64,000 nt of DNA from a virus, in the IMG/VR virus record IMGVR_UViG_3300046008_000291, positions 1-64,000 of that record. One strand, written 5' to 3'. The translations under genes and the position numbers were made by a program. The number at the start of each line of letters is the position of its first letter. The first letter of the stretch is position 1. Of this stretch, positions 26,580 to 32,924 are shown piece by piece. The notes below the pieces were generated by a model. It made no database searches and was not told the origin of the DNA. It saw nothing but the letters and a program-made list of their open reading frames with translations.

Positions 26580-26655
26580 TGGTGGAGGTGACAAGGATCG
26601 AACTTGCGACATCATGCTTGCAAAGCATGCGCTCTCCCAACTGAGCTACACCCCC
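26580..26655 (-). tRNA. tRNA-Ala(TGC)
   Basis: CATGC-TTTGCAA-GCATG; G3:U70 present. Confidence 0.95.
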
Positions 26656-26676
26656 GTAAAACTTTAATATTTAATG

Positions 26677-27708
26677 CTATATATTGTGATTAAAATAATC
26701 ACTGATTTGTTCTCGAACATGGGCAACATCATTGAGGTATTTTTGATGTAATCCGTTCCAAAAGTAATTATGATTATATTCCAATACAGGTTTAATTTTT
26801 GTATACATTGAATTTAATGTTCCCTGTGATTGGTTAAAAAGATCAAGTAATTGTTTAAGTAATAGCTCAAATCTTAGTTGAGGCACATCAACACTATCAT
26901 AACTCTCATCAAATATAGAACTATATGTTTCAAATCCTAATTTTTTTAATTCTGCTAGTGCACCAGCACTGCTAAACAATAACATCGGATGTCCGTATGC
27001 CAATGGTTTCATAGTTTTTTCTGTAAAAAATACATTATAGTTTTCGCTTATATATGTTTCATTGACAAAGGAACAAAAACTTTTTTCGTAATACTCGATG
27101 TTTCCTGGACCCCAATCATTATTAACAAAATTATCTATTTTATATGGTAATTTTTGATAGGCCTGTTCCATATCTAAATCTAAGTTATACCATCGTTTAC
27201 CATTGCCGATTGTATCGTTTAGAGTATTATATATAGTTTTACTATCGTTAACACCAAAACGATCCTGCATCAAATAACTAAAGTAACACCGATCTAATAG
27301 ATTAAATTTCAACATAAACTGATATAACGCTTGCCTTGGCCACGCGGCACGATTGTTTAAACTTAATAATAGTTTTTCAAATGTTCTATCGAAGTTAACT
27401 GGTACCTGCGGCATCTCTGTTGTATAGTATGCATAGGCCGATGGTATTTTAAAAAACTTGCAATCATAAGTTTGACTGAACTCTTCGGGATAATCTCTTG
27501 TGGTAACTATAGCAACTCGACAATGTTGATAGCGTTTTAACATGTTTTCAATTTGATCATTTCTAGTAGCTTCACCTAGACATGAATAAATTATATATTT
27601 TTTTGTTGTTTTATTATTATATCGTCCATGATAATTACTAACCAAATCAACCTGGTCTGATATCAACGTGTCGAGTTCCGGGTAAGGATTTGATTTTTTT
27701 GGATTCAT
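26677..27708 (-). CDS. GT-B/GT10-like glycosyltransferase-like protein (paralog 1 of 3)
   Basis: FVNET...FFTEKTMKPL...G..F.DESYD C-terminal motif. Confidence 0.55.
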   Translation of the reverse strand: MNPKKSNPYPELDTLISDQVDLVSNYHGRYNNKTTKKYIIYSCLGEATRNDQIENMLKRYQHCRVAIVTTRDYPEEFSQTYDCKFFKIPSAYAYYTTEMPQVPVNFDRTFEKLLLSLNNRAAWPRQALYQFMLKFNLLDRCYFSYLMQDRFGVNDSKTIYNTLNDTIGNGKRWYNLDLDMEQAYQKLPYKIDNFVNNDWGPGNIEYYEKSFCSFVNETYISENYNVFFTEKTMKPLAYGHPMLLFSSAGALAELKKLGFETYSSIFDESYDSVDVPQLRFELLLKQLLDLFNQSQGTLNSMYTKIKPVLEYNHNYFWNGLHQKYLNDVAHVREQISDYFNHNI

Positions 27709-27936
27709 ATAATAGTCTTAGTGTAAGTGTTCTGCTACTAGCACCACCTAGCCCAGAACTGAGTAGTTACCCTGTCCAGCTGTTATCTTTTGGATATAAC
27801 AACAAATAACCCACGATACTTTCAAGGCTCCCGGCAATGGGACTTGTGGCATGGTCTAGACCATCGTGTGTGCCTTGGCGCTATGGTATTGCCAATTACC
27901 CACTTTCGATAAAGCGCAAAGTGTAAAGCTAGTGTT

Positions 27937-28010
27937 TGGAGCGGGATATCAGAATCGAACTGATGACAGAAGTTTGGAAAACTCCAGTTTTGCCATTAAA
28001 CTAATCCCGC
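27937..28010 (-). tRNA. tRNA-Gly(TCC)
   Basis: GGAGT-TTTCCAA-ACTTC. Confidence 0.93.
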
Positions 28011-28014
28011 ATGT

Positions 28015-28099
28015 TGGTGCGAATGGTCGGACTTGAACCGACATGCCCTGCGGCGAGGGATTTTAAGTCCCTTGTGTATACCAATTTCACCACACTCGC
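28015..28099 (-). tRNA. tRNA-Leu(TAA)
   Basis: AGGGA-CTTAAAA-TCCCT. Confidence 0.95.
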
Positions 28100-28106
28100 A
28101 TATTAC

Positions 28107-28191
28107 TGGTGCCTTAGGAGAGACTCGAACTCTCACGCTGTTAAGCACCGGCTTCTAAGACCAGCGTGTATACCAATTCCACCACAGAGGC
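28107..28191 (-). tRNA. tRNA-Leu(TAG)
   Basis: CTGGT-CTTAGAA-GCCGG. Confidence 0.95.
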
Positions 28192-28198
28192 ATATTAC

Positions 28199-28273
28199 TG
28201 GTACAGCTACGGGGAATCGAACCCCGCTTGCCGGGATGAAAACCCGATGTCCTAACCGATAGACGATAGCTGC
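28199..28273 (-). tRNA. tRNA-Glu(TTC)
   Basis: TCGGG-TTTTCAT-CCCGG. Confidence 0.94.
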
Positions 28274-28278
28274 ATTAC

Positions 28279-28363
28279 TGGTGCCGGCTGAGTGAATCGA
28301 ACACTCTCTATCTTACGAAGCCTGATTACAAGTCAGGTGCAATCCCACTCTGCGCAAGCCGGC
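28279..28363 (-). tRNA. tRNA-Thr(TGT) with extended variable region
   Basis: CCTGA-CTTGTAA-TCAGG; 14-nt variable region. Confidence 0.85.
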
Positions 28364-28374
28364 GGTTAAAACTT

Positions 28375-28536
28375 TTACTTACGTGCTTCTAATATTCTAA
28401 TACGACTACGGATCTTTGCTTGATCCTTTTTCTTACTAGTCTTTTCTAACATGGTATTTAATTGTGTTAGGTTTAATGGACCTAAACGTGGTTTACCTGT
28501 GCGTGTCTGCATTGGATTTGCTTTTTTCACTGCCAT
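28375..28536 (-). CDS. Small basic protein (53 aa)
   Basis: Manual: MAVKKANPMQTRTGKPRLGPLNLTQLNTMLEKTSKKKDQAKIRSRIRILEARK; SD AGGAG. Confidence 0.65.
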   Translation of the reverse strand: MAVKKANPMQTRTGKPRLGPLNLTQLNTMLEKTSKKKDQAKIRSRIRILEARK

Positions 28537-28552
28537 GTTACTTCTCCTATAT

Positions 28553-28627
28553 TGGTTGCGGAGGACAGATTCGAACTGCCGATCTTCGGGTTATGAGCCC
28601 GACGGGTTGCCACTTCCCCACCCCGCG
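28553..28627 (-). tRNA. Initiator tRNA-fMet(CAT)
   Basis: C1:A72 mismatch, TCGGG-CTCATAA-CCCGA (three G:C pairs). Confidence 0.93.
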
Positions 28628-28802
28628 ATAAAAGTTCTGCGGCCAGTACAGGCCTGTTATCATGTGCAGAATCATGACTGATTTCAACGGTGGAGTTTCA
28701 CCACAGGCATCAGCTACCCTTGGACGGTTTGCCGTACTCTCCTAACCTCGAATACATATTGTTACGGCTTTCTTCCATTTACTTATTTGTTACTATCTAT
28801 AT

Positions 28803-28831
28803 AGTGTAGCATTTTTGATATTTGCTGTCAA
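28803..28831 (-). promoter_or_regulatory. sigma70 promoter upstream of structured leader and tRNA-fMet
   Basis: TTGACA-17-TACACT. Confidence 0.7.
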
Positions 28832-28845
28832 CCACTATTTGAAAC

Positions 28846-28919
28846 TGGCTCCGGTGGAGGGAATCGAACCCCCACTAACGGTTTTGGAGACCGCCGCACT
28901 GCCATTATACTACACCGGA
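28846..28919 (-). tRNA. tRNA-Trp(CCA)
   Basis: GCGGT-CTCCAAA-ACCGT. Confidence 0.94.
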
Positions 28920-28925
28920 ATAACT

Positions 28926-29000
28926 TGGCGACCGATGAGAGAATCGAACTCTCGTAGCAGGATGGACAATCCCGTGTAATAACCATTATACGAATCGGCC
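28926..29000 (-). tRNA. tRNA-Asp(GTC)
   Basis: CGGGA-TTGTCCA-TCCTG. Confidence 0.92.
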
Positions 29001-29011
29001 TTAAAATTTGT

Positions 29012-29086
29012 TGGGTTGACTAATGGGGGTCGAACCCATAATGCAGGAATCACAATCCTGAGTGTTGCCGCTACACTATAGTCAAC
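29012..29086 (-). tRNA. tRNA-His(GTG), second copy, G-1 encoded
   Basis: CAGGA-TTGTGAT-TCCTG. Confidence 0.92.
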
Positions 29087-29088
29087 AT

Positions 29089-29164
29089 TGGTAGGACGGG
29101 TGGGCTACGATCCCACCACCTCGACGTTAAAAGCATCTTGCTCTTCCAAATGAGCTACCGTCCC
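29089..29164 (-). tRNA. tRNA-Lys(TTT)
   Basis: Loop CTTTTAA; D arm GCTC/GAGC. Confidence 0.88.
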
Positions 29165-29169
29165 AAACT

Positions 29170-29253
29170 TGGTGGGTGATCTAGGAGTCGAACCTAGTTT
29201 CCAGTGGACACAGATTTACAGTCTGCTGCAGTCGCCAATGCTGCTCATCACCC
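29170..29253 (-). tRNA. tRNA-Tyr(GTA)
   Basis: GCAGA-CTGTAAA-TCTGT, long variable arm. Confidence 0.94.
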
Positions 29254-29259
29254 TTAAAT

Positions 29260-29337
29260 TGGTCTCTCGTGTAGGATTCGAACCTACGTTCTTCTTGCTC
29301 CCAAAGCAAGTGCCATACCAGACTAGGCGAACGAGAG
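29260..29337 (-). tRNA. tRNA-Pro(TGG)
   Basis: CTTGC-TTTGGGA-GCAAG. Confidence 0.93.
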
Positions 29338-29341
29338 TTAA

Positions 29342-29545
29342 CCGCACTCATATGAATGCGTATAATAAAGCACACTAATTACTCGCCTAAGACATAGTCC
29401 ACGTTGCATGGGACCTAGTTGCCGATTAATGTACTTTATTATAACTAGAATTTTCTGTTCACATAAGAACATGCCATCCTCTAGTCCGCCCATTTGCCTA
29501 GTTAACGTGCAGGCTGCGATCTCGTTTCGCGTAACACGTACTGCT
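29342..29545 (-). ncRNA. Candidate structured ncRNA of unknown family upstream of tRNA-Pro
   Basis: 19-bp stem TATAATAAAGTACATTAAT/ATTAGTGTGCTTTATTATA with G:U pairs, plus further hairpins; no ORF. Confidence 0.55.
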
Positions 29546-29546
29546 A

Positions 29547-29675
29547 CTACTTAGAAAGTTTTTTCAAAAGATTAGCATTTTCTGTTAATAGTTTTGTTAC
29601 TCTTTCTAATTTTTGTTCTAGTACCACTATCCTTTGTTCTGGAGTCGGCTTTTGAACAATTTCTTTTTTATCCAT
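29547..29675 (-). CDS. Small coiled-coil protein (42 aa)
   Basis: Manual: MDKKEIVQKPTPEQRIVVLEQKLERVTKLLTENANLLKKLSK. Confidence 0.55.
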   Translation of the reverse strand: MDKKEIVQKPTPEQRIVVLEQKLERVTKLLTENANLLKKLSK

Positions 29676-29688
29676 TTTTCGTCTTCTT

Positions 29689-29727
29689 AAAAACAAAAAA
29701 CCCTAGTAACATTTCTGCTCTAGGGTT
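29689..29727 (-). terminator. Intrinsic terminator of putative tRNA-operon attenuator
   Basis: AACCCTAG-13 nt-CTAGGGTT followed by TTTTGTTTTT. Confidence 0.85.
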
Positions 29728-29777
29728 CTTAATTAAAATTCACTTATATTATATATAAACGTTAACTAAGATCCCCA
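29721..29777 (-). promoter_or_regulatory. Putative antiterminator hairpin
   Basis: TGGGGATCTTAGTTAA pairs with TTAATTAAGAACCCTA (13 WC, 2 G:U, 1 mismatch), sequestering the terminator 5' arm. Confidence 0.7.
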
Positions 29778-29893
29778 TAGATACTATTCGGTGTGCGATC
29801 ATTGCCTAATGTCTCAATCGCTGACCAATAAGACATCGTGGCAAGTGCTGACACTTGTTTCGATATTGTAAATTGATGTAGCTGGTTAAACAT
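29762..29893 (-). CDS. Putative attenuator leader peptide (43 aa)
   Basis: MFNQLHQFTISKQVSALATMSYWSAIETLGNDRTPNSIYGDLS*, between promoter and terminator. Confidence 0.6.
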   Translation of the reverse strand: MFNQLHQFTISKQVSALATMSYWSAIETLGNDRTPNSIYGDLS

Positions 29894-29936
29894 TTTGCTT
29901 TCGCATTCCTTTAATTAATTTGTTACTATAACAACT

Positions 29937-29965
29937 AGTATACAGTCTATTTATCAGACTGTCAA
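29937..29965 (-). promoter_or_regulatory. sigma70 promoter with dyad and embedded late-promoter core
   Basis: TTGACA-gtctgataaatagactg-TATACT. Confidence 0.85.
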
Positions 29966-30018
29966 CCTCTTTGTTAATTTATTTATCTTTTATTTTTAAT
30001 ACGGTATAAAATACCAAG

Positions 30019-30216
30019 TTAATCGTCAATTACGTCAATTCCAGCAGTACCAAGTTCAGTTACTGCTTCTACTGCGGCTTTCTTCTTCGGTGCGCCCCAG
30101 AAGTTAGTTGTTGCTGTTTCACTTTGTACACCACGGGCAATTTGTTGTATCTGTCCGCCATTGGCTAAAAACTCTGCCATTGCTTGTTCGTAATCGTATT
30201 CATTCAAATCTGACAT
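30019..30216 (-). CDS. Hypothetical protein
   Basis: 65 aa, SD AAGGA. Confidence 0.65.
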   Translation of the reverse strand: MSDLNEYDYEQAMAEFLANGGQIQQIARGVQSETATTNFWGAPKKKAAVEAVTELGTAGIDVIDD

Positions 30217-30239
30217 CTTATTTCCTTATGTTATATTAC

Positions 30240-30314
30240 TGGTCCGGCGTGAGGGAATCGAACCCCCAACTAGGGAGTAGAAATCCCCTGTTATATCCAT
30301 TTAACTAACACCGG
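30240..30314 (-). tRNA. tRNA-Arg(TCT)
   Basis: GGGGA-TTTCTAC-TCCCT. Confidence 0.92.
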
Positions 30315-30320
30315 AGTGTT

Positions 30321-30397
30321 TGGTGGGCCTTACTGGACTTGAACCAGTGACATTCCGATTATGAGTCGGACGCTCTAACCAACTGAGCTAAAGGCCC
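30321..30397 (-). tRNA. tRNA-Ile2(CAT), lysidine type
   Basis: TCCGA-CTCATAA-TCGGA; GGGCCTT acceptor resembles bacterial ileX-type tRNAs. Confidence 0.85.
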
Positions 30398-30404
30398 AGA
30401 TAAA

Positions 30405-30674
30405 TTATTGTCTTATTTGCTTGCCAACTTTAGTTAAATATTCTACACCACAGGTGCCTGCTTCAACATCTAGTAGTGCCTGCACAGTAGGAAGATTTTC
30501 ATATTTAGGTTGCGCTGTAGTTGATCCTGCATTGCGTGCAGCAATAACACGAGTCTTTGCAATTTCGTGCCCACGTACACCTGCGGCTAAAATTAATTGG
30601 AATCGGTTGCCACCAAATACGGCATCACAGTTATCAATGTTGTATTTTTCAACTGACGCTATCTTTTTTGACAT
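30405..30674 (-). CDS. rpoZ: RNA polymerase omega subunit homologue
   Basis: NRFQLILAAGVRGHEI and PTVQALLDVEAG match the RpoZ conserved segments (NRFDLVLVAARRARQ, KPTVIALREIEEG); 89 aa. Confidence 0.75.
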   Translation of the reverse strand: MSKKIASVEKYNIDNCDAVFGGNRFQLILAAGVRGHEIAKTRVIAARNAGSTTAQPKYENLPTVQALLDVEAGTCGVEYLTKVGKQIRQ

Positions 30675-30730
30675 AGTATGTACCTAAGTTATTATTTAAA
30701 ATACTATTATAACATAGGATTACTTAGATG

Positions 30731-32149
30731 TCAACGTTTTTGTCTGGGAACTTTTATAGAAGTACTTCTTAGATCTCTGCTTTGATCATCCCAGGCACGT
30801 TGCTGTACCATAGTTATTTCTTCAAGCAATTTACCTTTTTCAATAACGCTTCTTATATAGATATTCCCCGATTTTAAAGTTTCAATCTTAACTCGTATAT
30901 GCAATAATATACGTTTAGGATTAGTAACGTCGTGTATAATAATCTCTGGTCTGGCTTTACCGCCAAGATATGTAGCTGTTAAGTTAACTTTGCTTAATTT
31001 ATCTCTAAGATTTTTAAATCGTAAAATTTTAAAACCGCCTTTGTTAAAGTCGACTAGTTCTACACTAGGATCGCCTAATGTAGCAAAATGAGTAATAGCA
31101 TGTGCTAAGATATCAACAAATTGTGCTTCTTTGGTATCATTATCACCCATTAAATTTCTAGCTAATTCTTCTGTTACTAACTTATAAATGTAGGCCAACG
31201 CTTCAAATTGGTTCTCTCTATTTAAAGTATTAAATTGTTGAGTATATTTACTAACGTCGATACCAAAGTAATTCCATAATTTAATCATCGACGTCATATC
31301 AGCGCCGCCTACTTGGCCAAATTGTTTAATTCCACCAATTTTAAGACTAGTGTTAAGTCTTAAATAGCGCATTTGCCCGCTGGTTTCTTTCACTCCAACC
31401 CATACATCTGTTTTTTTATCAGTTTCACTGGCGGCGCCATCTGCTACTATATTAATTTCATCTGCTTTGCCGTTTAGATAAAAATATTTACTATAGCGTT
31501 CAGCCATTGGACTGTTAACATACGCAGCTGCACTTAAAAACTCGCTAGTAACCAAACTGCGTTTTGCAGGATCCATTAGATCTTTATACGGACCAGTTTT
31601 TAATTTAAGTATAAAAGAAATAGTATCTGAAATTTGACTATTTGCATCATTTACAGTAACTTGATATGTATCTTCTCCGGTCAGTTTTAATTGACTTAAA
31701 ATACTTGCAATATCATCAGGTGTAACTGTTGCTATGTTTTCATTACCTCGACGTTTGGTAAATTTAGCAAACATAGCGGCGCCCAGGATGCCCTCGGCAA
31801 TTTCACCTTTATTGGCTACTTTAGGTTTTTCGGCGCCTGAAGCTGTATAATGTACTAAAGGATTTTGAATAGCCGAATTGCTACCAACTACTAGCCATGT
31901 TTGGCCCTTGTCATTTTTAAAAGCATATTGATCCTGCCCTCGACCAAGTTGTAGTGTAGCATCAAACTCGGATACTGTAGCGGGATCAATCAATTCAATA
32001 TAACCACCGGTGTCAATTCCCTGTCGAGATAATTCCGCAGAAAATTTTTGTCCGTGTATACTATCACTAATGAGAAACTGTTCACCGGGGCCGTATTTAG
32101 ATATAGTTACTTCAAAAAGATTGTCAATAAGGTTAATAAATTCGCGCAT
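30731..32149 (-). CDS. Late protein with possible PD-(D/E)xK nuclease domain (start revised to MREFINL)
   Basis: KGEIAEGILG...KTDVWV...SLKIG; ATAAATA 4 nt before ATG 32149. Confidence 0.5.
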   Translation of the reverse strand: MREFINLIDNLFEVTISKYGPGEQFLISDSIHGQKFSAELSRQGIDTGGYIELIDPATVSEFDATLQLGRGQDQYAFKNDKGQTWLVVGSNSAIQNPLVHYTASGAEKPKVANKGEIAEGILGAAMFAKFTKRRGNENIATVTPDDIASILSQLKLTGEDTYQVTVNDANSQISDTISFILKLKTGPYKDLMDPAKRSLVTSEFLSAAAYVNSPMAERYSKYFYLNGKADEINIVADGAASETDKKTDVWVGVKETSGQMRYLRLNTSLKIGGIKQFGQVGGADMTSMIKLWNYFGIDVSKYTQQFNTLNRENQFEALAYIYKLVTEELARNLMGDNDTKEAQFVDILAHAITHFATLGDPSVELVDFNKGGFKILRFKNLRDKLSKVNLTATYLGGKARPEIIIHDVTNPKRILLHIRVKIETLKSGNIYIRSVIEKGKLLEEITMVQQRAWDDQSRDLRSTSIKVPRQKR

Positions 32150-32159
32150 ATTGTATTTA

Positions 32160-32924
32160 TTATTCTTTACGCTCGATGTCATCTTCGACGCAGAAGTCAC
32201 CGTATTGTATTTCAATTATACGACAGGGTTTGTTGTAAGGGTTAGCCAATTGATGCCACTGTTCTTCCGGTATGCGATGAGTTGAATGTTTATTTAGATG
32301 CGGTGTTTGAATAGTAGTTGGGTAAACACGACTATATTCGCCTACGGTTGCTTGGCCGTCTGCAACAAACCATAATTCAGATCTATTATAATGTTTCTGC
32401 ATACTTAGGTGCTTACCGGGATTAATGGTTAATTCTTTGACTTTTAAGCCCAAAACGTCATGTAATACACGATAATAACCCCATTCTCGCTCAGTTTTAG
32501 GCGCTTTCCATTCATCTAATATCCAACTGCTACTATTACGCTTTTCCATGCCGCCGACACCAAATACAAATTCTACATCCTTGCACTTCATCTCAGGAAT
32601 ATTGTCTTGGGTTCTATCGCCGCCATTGGCAAATACTATATGGCTGTTTGGATACATTAGTTTAACATTATTAATTGCTTCAATAGCCGTGCCGTCATTA
32701 TCATCAAACAATATACAATGATCAACCATTTTTAAGTTTTCGATAATAGCAATCCGCTCGATACTAGGCATAAATGCACGGCCTTTCTTTCGAGCTACCC
32801 AGGCATCACTGTTTACGCCAACGACTAGTATATTACCTAATGCTTTAGCTGCTTTGAAATATTCTATATGTCCGCTATGCAAGCAGTCAAATCCACCAGT
32901 TACAAGTACAACTCGATTAATCAT
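32160..32924 (-). CDS. Cytidylyltransferase-family + cupin (mannose-6-P isomerase type) fusion
   Basis: TGGFDCLHSGH (HxGH), ANGGDR; REWGYY, LSMQKHYNRSELW, IIEIQYG; start revised to MINRVV. Confidence 0.88.
   Translation of the reverse strand: MINRVVLVTGGFDCLHSGHIEYFKAAKALGNILVVGVNSDAWVARKKGRAFMPSIERIAIIENLKMVDHCILFDDNDGTAIEAINNVKLMYPNSHIVFANGGDRTQDNIPEMKCKDVEFVFGVGGMEKRNSSSWILDEWKAPKTEREWGYYRVLHDVLGLKVKELTINPGKHLSMQKHYNRSELWFVADGQATVGEYSRVYPTTIQTPHLNKHSTHRIPEEQWHQLANPYNKPCRIIEIQYGDFCVEDDIERKE

Noticed and set aside
27860-27930. HDV-like (theta) ribozyme after tRNA-Gly
   Set aside because: Pseudoknot lacks room for P3/L3
28628-28795. Hammerhead ribozyme, c-di-GMP-I riboswitch or RNase P fragment (CTGATG, GAAA, GGCAAACC, GGTGAAACTCCACC)
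   Set aside because: Core fragments present but required stems and remaining consensus nucleotides are missing
24326-30308. Plus- and minus-strand ORF-track calls overlapping tRNAs (24326, 25384, 25725, 28011, 28451, 29169, 29181, 30108)
   Set aside because: They are translations of tRNA genes or their antisense; no SD and no protein-like composition
30240-30314. Possible amber suppressor (CTA in the loop)
   Set aside because: The 5-bp stem places TCT at 34-36, so it is tRNA-Arg; genes here end normally in TAG/TGA, so no recoding evidence
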